Shown here: positions 51,201-64,000 of the stretch, piece by piece
Position numbering within the stretch: the stretch's first letter is position 1
Layout of the letters: every line of letters starts with the position of its first letter
DNA from: Daphnia carinata
Lineage: Eukaryota
DNA: 64,000 nucleotides
Reading direction: 5' to 3'
Assembly: GCF_022539665.2 (NCBI RefSeq)
Contig: NC_081333.1
Location: forward strand, 806,001-870,000
The notes under the pieces: model-generated
Databases searched by the model: none
Told to the model about the DNA's origin: nothing
Seen by the model: only the letters and a program-made list of their open reading frames with translations
Position numbers and translations under genes: made by a program

Positions 51201-54200
51201 GATGCTGGTTTAATGATGCTCGTGTATCAGGTCACACGTTACTGCCCTGTTATCAAGATAATAAAACTTTTTCAATATCGAGGTCACTTGTTTCCTATGT
51301 TTCGTTTTTTTACAGGAAGTTTCGGGAAAAGAGCTTTCGATTTGAAACTTGAAAACTGATGACAACAGAGATGTAGCAGACATCGGTCGTAACAACACAA
51401 TCGTTGCGCATCAAGAATCAATTGACTCGAGGCTTTTTTTTTTTTCTTTTTGTATTGTTGTACACGTGACACGCAGCATTCAACTTGCGTGCGTACCTTT
51501 TTTTCTTCTTCTTCTTCTAATTCTTGACATACTGCCTGTCAGCAGCAAGCACGCAATTTCCTTTCGAATTTAACCATTACGAAAGAGGGAGAAAAAAAAA
51601 ATTTGAATAATAAAAAAAAAAAAAAAAGACACAAAAATTCCGGTGAATATTTTATCATATGGAAATGGATTGTGTACGAGATCTACGCTTTTCTATACGG
51701 AGGTTTTCAGTTCAAGTCCCCGTCACAATCCCCTACATCGCAGTGGCCTTAAAACCTCCACCTAGAAGGTAAAATCCTAGAAGGAATTACCATTCCCCTT
51801 TTATGCAGGCAACTGCAGACAGTGGGACTGAATAATATTTTGATAGATCAAGTAGGAAGGAAATTTAAAAAAAAAAAAGAAAAAGGGGGAATAAACGAAA
51901 ACACATGGCTTTCATGTTTTTTTTTTTTATTTTATTCTCCTTGAATTGAGCTTATACATGCTGGCCTGCTGGCCCCCTATCGGTTCGATCCTTATCCTCA
52001 TCTTTTTATTTTTATTTTTATTTTTTACCCTTTTCTTACTCGCTTTGTGCTTCACTACGAAGCAGCAAACAATTCAAAGAGCAGCACACTTTTCGCTTAT
52101 GGGAAGCTGAAATCATGTTTCGGAACTGTTATAGATTCACGGAAAGCAAAAAAAAAAATCTATTTGCGAGCAAACAAAGGGCGATGAGGAAGAAAAGCAC
52201 ATCCTCCGGATGCATTCCTACATTATCTCCTTCAGGTGATGGCGGTTAGGAATCAATCACAATCTTTTCTCTTTTCACCCAGTAATAGCCAATCTCTTCA
52301 AATGCAGATTGCCCGTACAAGAGAAATGGCTGGAACGAATTGTTTGTTGATCTATCCCGCTTTTCTGTCGGCTTTTGCCATGCATATACAGCATACCCGC
52401 CCTGAACTGATGAATAATAGGCTTTTAATAAGCGTGAAGTGAAATGCAAGGCAGGTTGAATAATAATAAAAAAAAAATTGTGGACAAACCGCCGAAACAG
52501 AACAAACAAAAACAAATTAGTTTAAACCACAGGAGGGCGTTATTACTGATGCTATCCAGTACACAAGAGTCTCATTTTTTTTCACGTCATGATTTTTCTA
52601 AAGATAGAGTATCCAATCCAAATGAAAAAACACGGAGCTTATTTTTAAGGATATATTACTGGATTTTTTTTTGTTTAGTTCTTGTATTTATCAAGCAAAA
52701 TTATACGAGGCTTCTCAATTGACGGACATTCATCCTTTTTATTTATTTATTTTTTTTTTTTTGTGTTTCCTATTATTACAGAATACGGTAGGCCTGAGAG
52801 TAAGCCGCATCTTTTGTCGGCTCTTTCTTACCCCCCAAAACTTCAACCCCCTGGGTTGTCTTTATTTTCATGAGGAGACTTTGCAATGAAAATTCCAGGA
52901 GCCCTCCCTATCAAATAATCTTATAGTACAACGGGTATGCTACTTTATGGTGTACATAGGACGTTCGTTCAATTTCCTATTTTGGACCTAAATGATTTTA
53001 TTTTCGCTTCAGCTCACAGCATAATGGATCGTGACTTGCTGAATGTTTCGAGCAATTGGTCGCTAGCGCTACACATTCTGATCGAAGCAAACGATTACGA
53101 AATACGTATAAGAGCATCTGCAGGATCGATAGAAACACGAGTTTGGCACGTGGCCTACAACATCCACCGTTTGTTGCAGATGTGACGATGCGAGAGAGCA
53201 TCGACTCAAAGAAATGAATGTCATCCCAAAGTTGACATCCATAACAGTATAGGCTCCCATCTGCTGCCTAAGTTCGGCAGGCTTAACTCGTGAATTCAGA
53301 AGGATGGCCAACTAAATGCTCTCCCGCACGAGAAAAGCATCGGTTAAGCAAGAGAACTCAATACAAGTCGTTCGGCTATGCGAAAGGGCCATTACGTTCA
53401 AGTTTGGGTACAGCAGAAAGCAAGATCAACAATAGCCGCGCTCTTGTTCCCAAAAGTCCAAGCGGTACGCTATAGTCGATAAATGAAACTTGCGCGCGCT
53501 ATTCGAAATCCTTTCGACTGGCAACGGTCCCTCTCCCGTCAGTCTTTAAAAATTGACGGAATACTAGTCTTAATGGACTAGTTCCTTCTTAGCTCCAGCC
53601 ATTTAAAGGAAATAAAAAAAAAAGAAGAAGAAGAAGAAGCCCTTGGTGTATAGACCTAGTTTTGCGGTAAAAGTATTCTTTTACGTCGCGCACAACACAC
53701 GCAAGCGTTATGCTGTAAAGCACACAGGATGAACAAAAGCGTAGAAAATGAAAGAAGGAAGGACTCGGTGATTTCCGAATAGAGAAAACACACACGCATA
53801 CACAAAAAAAAGGGAAGAGTATAGGGGGGAGGAGGGAGTTGGAAACGAAATCCGACACGGCATCCGCGCACGAACTGATGGCTTGATGAACTGGCTGAGT
53901 GAGACGGGGGTTCTAATGTGTAAAGGAGGAATAGAGGGAATACAATTACAATTTCGTTAAAAATGGACAAACAAAATAACAAAAAAAAAAAAAAAAAAAA
54001 AAATGAGGATGAAGGGGCTAACGATGCTAACCGACCTTTGCCGATTGTTAGCGCGTGAATTTTTCAATGTTGCGTCCATTAAGACGAGAAGCATTGCAAG
54101 TGCATGATTCTTATTTTTAACGGGCTATCCGGGAGGAAAAGGCAAAAGAAAAAAAAATAATGCCCTATAATCACGCGGTATTATCGAACTTGGCGTTGTG

Positions 54201-57200
54201 TGCTGTTAATGTCGCTAGCGTGCATAATCTACATACGGGAGTGCATCGTAAAAGTCTGCCAGTCTTGGTCGTTAACGAGAGATTGCGTATAGATCCTCTC
54301 TGTCACAGTTCCTTTCGGGCTCTTTCGGAGTAAAAATGAAAAAAATAAAATAAAATGAAACAAGGGCATTGGTAGAAAAGCCTGATTACCCGGAGGATGA
54401 TGTGTATAAAGAAAAGAAAGATGATGAGCTAATATATTTTTTTTCCCGCAATGCATTAGACTCTTATCGTCTTCCGTGAATTCGATAGTTGTTCACTGTG
54501 AGGCCATCAACATGTCAGCCTTCGTTGTTTCGACGTTGGACTACCGGAGTGAACTCAATTGGACTTTTCCCTTTTTTCCTTTTTCCTTTTTTTTTCTTTT
54601 TTCTTTTTAGATCAAAGAACTTGATATTGTTGGAAAGAGTTCCGTTAGTTTGGAGAACTGACCAATTGTTGTACACAGTATTTGGTATCGTTTTTCGTTC
54701 AAAACAAACGTAACAGTTTCTTGAAGCGCATGATTTGTTTCGTTGGGATTCTTTTTTATTTTTTCAAAATTAAATCGATATTGTTTTGGCTATTGCCGAC
54801 TTCCGCCAATATGTTGTTGGGTGCCTTCCTCTAAACGCTCGTGCAAGGACGTTAGGTTTGTAGCAAATAGAGTAGCGCTATCCGTAACGAAAGTTTTCCG
54901 GTGCTATTCAACCACAATTGGAAACAAAAAAAAAACAACAGAGGAGAAATGAATATTTTATAAACCTACTTATACAGACCACACCTTTAGTTCTCTACCT
55001 ACACGTCACCTTAGACAAGGTTAACTTTTTTTTTATCGATTAGTCTCTTTTTTTTTTTTTTACCTCTGCTAAAATTCACTTATTAGATAAAACCAAAAGT
55101 ATTCCCGTACGAACACGAAAAGCCCTTGGGAAACCAACGGGTTTTTTTTCTCTCCCCCCCCCCCCCTCGCAATAGATAACGCGGGCACGGGATACAAGGT
55201 AATAACGCAATTTATTTTTTGCGGTACATCACGCGAACGTGCGTGTACACAACGTAAACGTATTCAACCGCTGTACTCCAGCAATTAACCTCATACACAC
55301 ACGGTGATTTTACCCACTTCTCTTGTTGGCATACTTTTCTGCAGCCAATGGTTGATTCCATCGTGTTTGCAAACACAAAGTTCAAGAGAATTACTTTAAA
55401 AAAAAAAAAAAAAAAAAAAAGGTAGGTCTTTCATAGAAAGAAAGAAAACAAAAATTATTATTACGAGTAGTGTTTGTGCACACGTAATTACAAAAATAAA
55501 GAACCAACTACCTGCCCGGATGATTGGTTTGTTTGTGCTAAGCATCTGGCGCTGGTGTTTCGTCATGTTGCTGTCTCAATTATCATTTTAAAACCCCACA
55601 GAGTTCAGGTGTTTTTTTTTTTTCTCATTATTTTATTTTTTTTTTTTTTTTTTATGAAAAAAGAAAGACTTTAACATTGCGCCCACGACATTTCTTGATT
55701 ATCGGAGAGAATGCAAGACAAGAATGTAGGCAAACGTAAAAAGAAAATGATTGATCAAATGCTTTTTTTGATTTTTTCTTTCTTCCGAGGGCAGTGGAGA
55801 TGCGTCAAAAGAAGGGCAATTGAAGATGTCAGAGCTCGAAATGAGAATAACAAAAACCGCTGGCCGTGCTTTTTTTTTTTTCGGTCTGTTGCGTTCCGAG
55901 ACTGGTCGCATAACAAAATTACTCCAATCCCCCACCCTTTTTATTTGTATTTCTCTTCTCTTTTTCTCGTTATCTTTTTTTCCCTCTTTCCCATTCCTAT
56001 TGATTTTTTCTTTTCTTTTTCTGTTTAGGTATTCGAAAAAGCTAAAGAAGTTCCACCACATTTTCATTCGATTTTTCATCTCGCAAAGCGACTGCGTACT
56101 TAAAAATTATGTAAATATGGATGAGTATTGACGAGTTCTTTCTTGGCTGGTCGCACGATGTGCACGTTGACGCCATTCACCCCCCGTCCATCCACATCTT
56201 CATCAATTGAGCCATCTGCTCGTCTATGAAAAAAAAAAGTTAAACGTAAAGCCTCATTACATCGTCGTTATCACCACCCTTGTTTTTCCTTTCATGAAAA
56301 GGTGATAATGAGTCACAGCACCGTTGAAATGCCCGGATACTATTATTATTATTTTTTTGTGTCGTCATATGTAACAGAATGAAATCGTTGAATGAATTTG
56401 TTATGCCGTTTTTTTTTATTTAAGGTCGGAGGGAGAGGGAGAGTAGGTGTTGCATTGGGATTGTCCCGTTTTCATTGTGCCACTAGACTGTCACCCTCTC
56501 AACACTTGACCATTGTGCGTAATTTTTTTTTAATGCTCATGAAAAAAGCACGATTCTTTTGTATATTAACACCCCCCCTAGGCTTTCCGTTACTATAGGT
56601 TTGAATAATAAAGCTTTAAAAAAAAAAAAATAACACACCATCTGTAGTGAATCTCCAATAACAACGATATGTGCATATGCTGTGTGGGAGGGACCCCGGA
56701 GCTCTATTTTGATTCCCGATATTTTCTTTTCGTTTTTTTTTTTTTTTTTTTTTTTTTTAAGAACAACAAAGTCTGGGCCTCGTCATAAAATAGAGGAAAA
56801 AGAACACAGAGCTGTAGAACACGTGGCTTGCTCAACGGGCACATGTGTTGTGGTAGCGACAGAATTCTCCCTCTCCATCTGACTTAGTTTTTTTTTTTTT
56901 AATCTTATTTATTTAGTCTTTTTTTTTTTTTTTTACTCGGTGAGAGTAGAAAAAATATTCCTTCTTTCATGTCATCCGTATTCTCTTCGTTTCCAGCACG
57001 AGCTTCGGATTTTAATGTGTTTAAATTTTAAAAGCGTTACTTGGTTTCCCTTGTGCATCAGTCTTCACTTCCGCACGCCGAGTTTCCTCTCTCGTTTTTA
57101 TATACTTTTTTTTTTTCTTCATTTTTTGGTGTTTTATCCGTTGCAGCTTGGCTGCTCATCATCTCAAAAGAAACATTTCAAAAATTGCGCTCGTACTTTC

Positions 57201-59370
57201 AAAACTGTTCTAGATCTCAAGTTTATCCGAACGCGCGAACTCATCGCTCAAAGACATTCAGCATAGAACTCTGACGTGAACTGTCGGAATGTTTCATCCG
57301 CCGTCTATTTATCGAACGAATTCTCTTATTCTAATTAAAATGTATTCATATCGTTTCTTGGGACTCGTTCGTCATTAGCAACAGTCGCAAAGTGTGTCGA
57401 CGAAACGATCGACAATCATCTTCTGAAATTTCATTGCATTTCCGGACAGTTATGCAACGACAAAGTCATGCAAACAAACTGTTATCAGTTTTATAGTCGG
57501 CAGGTCGTTCACTTGCGCTCTCCGATAGACGAGCAAAGCACAAGGATGTATCTGAATACATTACGAATAATTTGCAAGCAAAAAATCTATCCTATATGAG
57601 CTTTATGTAGGAGCCATCCCAACGCCGAGATGGCGATGTAAGCTGGAAATTTGAGAGGCAAAAAAGGAAGACAGGCTCCATGGAATTTTTGATTGACTAT
57701 TCCGAGATTTACAAGCATATACTGCATAACGCGACGTCTTCTTATTCGGAGTTTTTAGACCAAGGATTTTGGCCGAAAAATCTATACGACATCTGGGATT
57801 TTTTACGTGATTTTGTACCAGGTTTGGCAGCAGCTGCCAAACCCTTCGGGATAGTTCTTTGCCATTTCATTCGATCTGGTAGGATTCTCCCTTACAATGT
57901 TGACGGTTGTTTTGCTTTGTTTTTTTTCTCTTCGTGTCGACTATAAACCGCTGAGAGGCATCGAGTCTCATCGATTGTCTTATGGACAGCACGAACGAAT
58001 GCGCGCGCGTCAACTCTTATCACGCTCAAAAAAAAACAAAAAAAACAAGAAATCTGCGCATTGGGCTGTAGTGTTAATAGGCTTTTCGTCCACATGAGGC
58101 TCACAATTACGGCGCTAACGCGTCCCAATTCATCGAAAGAATAGTAATTGAAAGAAAGGACACACCTCATAATTGTATATTGCCTAACGTTGGCAATTGA
58201 TTGAGAGTTGGCAAGAGACTATGATGCGATTTAAAGATCCTACTACTTTCCTTGGGTAATCAACACTGACGCTTTGCCAAAATCCTCGTGCGAAAAGTTC
58301 CATCCAGCGGTAGCCCGTGGCAGCCATTTTATTCGAGACGCAAAACTTCAATTCTACACTACACAGCGAAACTTCGTCATTGTGAAACCGAGATTTAATG
58401 GCAATAGACTCAGATGTTCGCATGGATGTGTACGTTAGAGTCGTATAACGTCAGCCACTTTCTCTACCGTTCGTGTTCTCCTGGTAACTCGCAAAGCGTG
58501 TATATAGCTTTGACATAATAAATCATTAAAAGTAAACTTTGTCCCGTCAGCTCATTGTCAACACTTGAACGAGTAGAAGATTAAAAGAACGGAATTATAC
58601 TGTCATGAGTCGTCTTGGAGGTCTCTGAGTGCGTGTTTTAAAGAATAAAAATATATATATATATATATCTATTACTGCACATGAAACATGGTTGTCTAAT
58701 TATCAACCGGTAGACTTGAAATTGTTCTGAGTAAAATTTGCAGTTGAATCGTTTCGAGTAATAGGTCCGGAAGAAAAATCCCTGAAACTTGTAAGTGAAA
58801 GTATGCGAGGGAATAAAAAAGAAAGAGTCTCTCGTTACAATCATTAGAGATGCGTATTCTTTCCGAGAAGGAAACACACACATAGACCACTTCACAGCCT
58901 TCTGAGCGTCCGCTTGCAGCGTCCAACCCAAATTCTAACTGTTACCTACTGTAAAAAATATAAAATAAAAAGTAAGAAGAAAGGTGTCTAACTAGTTTTT
59001 TGGTTCGATGCACTTCTTGGCAGAAGGGAGCCAAGAGACGAGACATGTTAAATATATATATTTTGGCTCTCCCGATGCAAAGGTTATTCACATCCCGATA
59101 AGCCAATTATCACCTGCGGTAGCTTAAGTTACGAGAACTCACAAACCTCCCGCTGCCGTGGGGTTGTTTGTTACAAACGTTATGACTGGTGATGGATTCG
59201 AGTGGATACATCAACCGACACGTTCCTCAAAACACGACGTGCTACCTATACTGATAACGTACCACATGATGGATCTTCTTTCTTTATTTCTTTTGAATTG
59301 TACACTTCTACGCGCGTTACCCGCATAAAACGATTGGGAGAAGCCGATTAGACAGTTGTTGGCCACTCAC

Positions 59371-59734
59371 CTGAAGTCGTTGAGATGCAGCGTAGAATAT
59401 CGAAGTGTGACGATAAAATTCCGAAATCAAACCAAAAAAAAAAAATTGTGAACGAAAGATCACAATAACGTGAGCACTGTTTTCATGTCGCTACACTGAA
59501 CAACTGGTTCATTGACGAAATGAAAGTACAAACGAGTTTTCTCTTTCGTTTGGGATTTCTGCAAGTGTATTTTCACCTTTACCGCAGCCTTTTCGATGAA
59601 TGCAAACCAAAAAAAAAAAAATAAATCGAAACAACAAACAAACAGTTTGAAAATGTTTCGGCTATAGAACGAGATGGTAGGGCGGCGATCCGAGGAGTAA
59701 TGCGACTGGCTCGGTCGGTGGTGCGTCTGCTACT
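59371..59734 (-). other. Probable non-coding first (5'UTR) exon of the LRR gene
   Basis: Runs from the Inr to a perfect CAG|GTGAGT donor at 59370. The LRR ATG exon begins at a ttcag acceptor (38055-38054) only 9 nt before the ATG, so an upstream exon is expected. Confidence 0.55.
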
Positions 59735-59736
59735 GA
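59703..59736 (-). promoter_or_regulatory. Inr + DPE core promoter, probably of the LRR gene
   Basis: Minus-strand TCAGTA (Inr-like, A+1 = 59734) with AGTCG (RGWYV) exactly at +28..+32 (59707-59703), the canonical arthropod Inr-DPE spacing. Confidence 0.65.
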
Positions 59737-59995
59737 ACTGCTCACGCTGGTAGCTTCTGGTTCAAAAGAGGGGGGTTTCGCTGACAAGCAAACGTAAGGA
59801 ACGATGGCTGTAGCTCACAGTCTATAGGGCCTCCACCTACGCCACGTTATTGTCAGCTATTCATTTCGACGGTATTAGAACGAGAAAATAATAAGCCCTC
59901 AACACCCAGAAATATTTCAGGTTCACTCTTTCTATATAGGCATACAGACTTCCCACGCAATGTTAAAGAGCAAACGACTTTATTTTGTGTGTATC

Positions 59996-60005
59996 TATAT
60001 AAAAG
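59996..60005 (+). promoter_or_regulatory. Consensus TATA box, divergent from the LRR promoter
   Basis: TATATAAAAG followed by GCGGGG; no downstream coding gene recognised in the window. Confidence 0.25.
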
Positions 60006-63000
60006 GCGGGGAGGAGAAGAGAAGGACAAAGCGGTACAAACTCTAAATGAGAGTTGTTATGCCCAGTGCCGAGCGATAGTATATCCACACACGCATCGTT
60101 CGGAGTAAACAATTCCGAGCCCCTCATACCCTTTCAAAAGCTTAGTCTTGTTATTTGGCCTGTACGCGTTTTATTTTGTTGTTGTTGCTCTATAAAAGTT
60201 TTCCTTTTTTTTTATGTAGAGGGGGGGGGGAAACATTGTCTGCTTGCAGACCGGGTTTGTAGTGACCAATGGTTCAGTTGGTGTTCCAGCAAATGTCTCT
60301 CTATCAGGCTGTCGAAAACGCGGCGAGAATAAACGCAAAGAGCCGAGCTTAAACATAAACACGTAGTCAGATGGCACGCCATACAGCAATAGGTGCAAGT
60401 GGTGCGTTTACCGTGAAACTATAAAGAGCGATTGTTATCGGAGGCGATTTTATTCGGAAGGTAAAGACGAGTCATCCAACGTTGCTTTTGTCAGGCATAT
60501 AATCGTGAATGTGTAAGCATTTCATCGAGTGTAGGAAAAAAAGAAGGCTGTACGGGGCTTCGTTTGGAGAAGATCAATCATAAGCTTAAGCATTTCAAGA
60601 GTTCAAAAGATAAGAAAACCAATTACGCTCACAATTTTTACTAAATAACCCTGAGATTAGATAAAGAAGGCACGCGGCTGTTCATAACAAACTTGTCTCA
60701 ATTAGGTTTAGGTTTTTTAGTTTCGGGATGAAGAAAGTCCCGAAATGGTGATAGAATTGCTGTATAGGGAAATGAAATGTCTCATTTGTAAAATCGAGAA
60801 CCCCATTTGTAGGGCAAATGATCGTTCAATCAGTCCCGAAGGCGAATGGCGGTAGTCAATGATCTCCCTCATTTCAGGGCGAAAGTGTGAGAGTTGAAAG
60901 TAGCTTATGGCGGTTGTCTGCTATCGTCCCACATCTATTGATTGCGATCAGAAAAATAATTAATACCGAACACACCGACGATCATTTGTATCGATCTAAC
61001 ACCGTATCGTTGTTACAGGGCTAGGGAATCTCTTTGATGGATAACCTGATGATCACAGGTAACTTTTGGTGTGGCTTTTTCTTAAACAGAAGAACCCCAG
61101 TTGTTTTGATAAGATTCCCAATAAGCTCCGGGCTGCTAGAGCTTGAGGCTCAGTTAGAAGAAAACGTCTGTCGGTGGGGGGAACTACAAGAAAGAAAAGT
61201 ATTCAAAGATCGCCTTTTTTTTTTTTTTTTTTTCTCCCTCCATTTTTTCTTATAATGGTTAAGGCAACGCAGGTATCCATTGGGGTATGTTGCTCTGAGT
61301 AGTTCGTAAAATTTCATTTCATAAAAAAGAAAATAGGAAACGAGTGAAACGAAGTAAATCATGATGACAACTCAACTCAGGGTATACACATGTTGTTTAA
61401 CAGAACAGGAAACAGCAATACAAAAAAAAAATGAATAAAAATGTAAAAAAAATGAAAAACTCTTTTCTCAAATGAGGTCGTCCACGCTTGCAGTCATCGA
61501 TGGCAGGGTGAATAGACATTTTGAAATGCAGCCATGTCCACACACCAACGAAACGTAAACGACCCTCTCGAAGTTCCCTTCGTGTCTATAATCATGCATC
61601 CGTCACTAACGAGTCATACATTGTTATCCTAACCCTGTTAGTATTCTCTTTGTATAAGGGAGGAGGACGCACACCACTATAAACTCGAAGGAGCTCGAAG
61701 AATAAACGTAAAACTCGTGATTACCACTTGGCGCGTTGCGCACTATTGCGCACCTTCGTCCATGTTGTTGTTATAAACTTGCTGGCTATCCCTGAGTCAT
61801 CAGGATGATTCTTGTCAGCTAAAGCGACCGTCTTGTTGACGGATGTTCCCGTGTTTAGCTGTTATATCAACTGTTTAAATGTGAGCTAGGCACGGAATCA
61901 TTTGCAAGTCATTCGAGAATTTTTTTTTTCGGCCCCTCGTAACAAACCCCGCTAGTTATTTCACGTTATTGGAAATATTCTGGGATTTTCTTTTCCACTA
62001 AAACGAACATTCTTGGAGCGCATAATTTAAACCAATCATGTAGAAGACATGGAATAGGCTCGAATCCGAAATAGAATTGACAACTGATTTATTATACCAG
62101 ATATTATACAATATACATATACCTGTGCGTGTCGGTCTGGCTTGGTTCCGGTGAAGTCTCAGTAGTAAGCAAACGCCTCCCCCGCCGAGCTGTCCGTACA
62201 TAAACGCACACAACAACAACAAAAAAATGATGAAAAAAAAAAGTGGATAGCGCTGCAGGCTATCTAGCCCCAAATATTTTGAATCATAAGGCCTACGAGA
62301 ACAACACCTGCGGACCTTTCAGGTCAAAGTACTTAAGAAATGACCACCATCATCTCGTCTTTTCCTATACTACTCTGCAGTAAATGGAGTTTTCAAAAAA
62401 ATAAAAAAAAAAGATTTTCTTGAAAAGGAGATGGAGGGCTGTATATCAGAATATATTATCTACAATAGGAAAATTTTTGGCGAAACATGAATAGTAAAAG
62501 AGTGCGTAGCGCAGCCAAAAAGCCGCCTATTATTTAAACCACAATCGACGGGTACAATCGAAAGGAATATAAGGCCTGCAGACTATAGACCTGCATTCCA
62601 GATCTGGCTTTTGTGTTGATAACCTTTTAGCAAACGGAATGAAAGCTCCTTGTTGTCCAGCCCGAGTGGCGAGACGAAAGAAACCATTGCCGGACATATT
62701 CTTTTTAAACATACCGCCTTTTTGTTTACTGTTGGGAAGGCCGAGTTTTGTCTTGTTAGAGCACATGCAATAAGGGAGATACAGTAGCTTTTTGCATTTC
62801 ACGTGGTTTGTGGTGATCGATAAGGCTATCTAGTTCAAATGAAAATGACGTGCCTACTGGCTGTTTTGCTTCCGTGTATACATGACGGATGAACAGAGGT
62901 GTCAAGTTGACAAGCACTGAGCTGGCCGTTCCGTAAAAACAAACGAAATTCGACGAGCGACGGTGATGTGATGCATCATTTCTTCACTGATTGGATGGCA

Positions 63001-64000
63001 CATCCATCAGTCTTAATGTGTACACCGGTGCTTCGAATGATGTGTGTCGTGCAACTAGTTTTTTAAAATTTATTTTATTGATTGACCCTACGCTTGCCAC
63101 ATACAAGAGTCGGTAGTGGGGCTCTAACGTGTAGATATAGAAATTATGGAAGAGCACCTAAAGAAAGAAAAAAAAAATGTTAGTCAGTGGCTGTCAGAGC
63201 TGGCAGCATCTCAATTACCTTGGATGAGTAAACATACTAACAACAGTGAGACGAAGATGAATTCTAAGATTGAATTTGTGAGTAGGCCACAAACTATAAT
63301 GCGTGCCCCTAGAGTCAGGCTTGGTCATCCTTGGAAGGATGTTCTATTATTGTTGTAACAACAACCGAAATGCCACAAGCGTCTTAACGATTTCTCCATC
63401 AAGAAGCTTCACTGATATTGCTGCCACATTCCTCTGTACGCTCTTGTTGATACCACTGGCAGCGTCTAAATGCCCTGGCCATTTAAGCAATCGTGCGTTC
63501 GTTCTCTAGCAATAAATGTGCCGCCGTATAGCCATGCACAGAGAAAGAGAAACAAAAAGATTAACGATCACACTTCCATATACAGGGGGAAGGAAAATAA
63601 CAAGGCAAATGATAAGGAAAATTGCCTTCAGTTATAAGCATAGTAAAAAGAAGCTGGGGATTTTCTGAACTTGTCTTCTACAACTTCCCATAATTATAGC
63701 CTGTGGCTTCAGTTCATCCTTTTCCCTCTCGTTGTCTATTTATTCTGTTAATATCGGTGCTAAAAAAGAAACACGAAAGAACGTTGCGTGGTGCTATTAA
63801 AGGGAGGATGCAACAATCTTCCAACGTGATTCTTTAGACGCCGTACACACAGCCTGTTTAGATGCACTTTTGGTTTTACTATATACCAAGGTTGTAGTTA
63901 ATTTGATTGTGTTAATCTGTTTGACTATAAATGTGTTTTATCGCGTTTGCCACTGGAGGGAAACAGTGCGAAGCCATCCAATGAGCGGAATGGTATAGGC

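Noticed and set aside
61019..61200. Possible spliced divergent transcript downstream of the TATA box
   Set aside because: The exon-like piece has stops in all frames and the apparent next intron would be only ~31 nt; unsupported without RNA data.
38570..64000. Dozens of 60-170 aa ORFs in the ORF track
   Set aside because: Dominated by poly-F/K/G from homopolymers and microsatellites; no domain motifs or consistent splice chains.

Overview
Eukaryotic, AT-rich, intron-dense animal genomic DNA. Many 55-120 nt introns, A-rich acceptors and homopolymer-rich non-coding DNA suggest a branchiopod crustacean such as Daphnia; that is inference only. I reconstructed three spliced genes by hand, and the splice phases are consistent throughout each. 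(1) + strand 2296-23965: 31 coding exons, about 2797 aa, type I membrane protein with CUB, C-type lectin and EGF domains and a very long Ser/Pro-rich cytoplasmic tail, tentatively weary/wry-like. (2) - strand 29484-25136: 19 coding exons, about 656 aa, DUF389 multi-pass membrane protein with a 14-nt micro-exon. (3) - strand 38044-34680: 5 coding exons, about 715 aa, LRR type I membrane protein, tentatively reduced-ocelli-like, with a probable Inr+DPE promoter and non-coding first exon about 21 kb upstream at ~59.7 kb. The 38-64 kb region appears non-coding (large intron and upstream regulatory DNA). The most interesting observation is that the tail of gene 1 carries consensus docking motifs for three Ser/Thr phosphatases (PP1, PP2A-B56, calcineurin) plus a phosphodegron-like motif. 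I recognised no RNA genes, CRISPR arrays or intact transposons.
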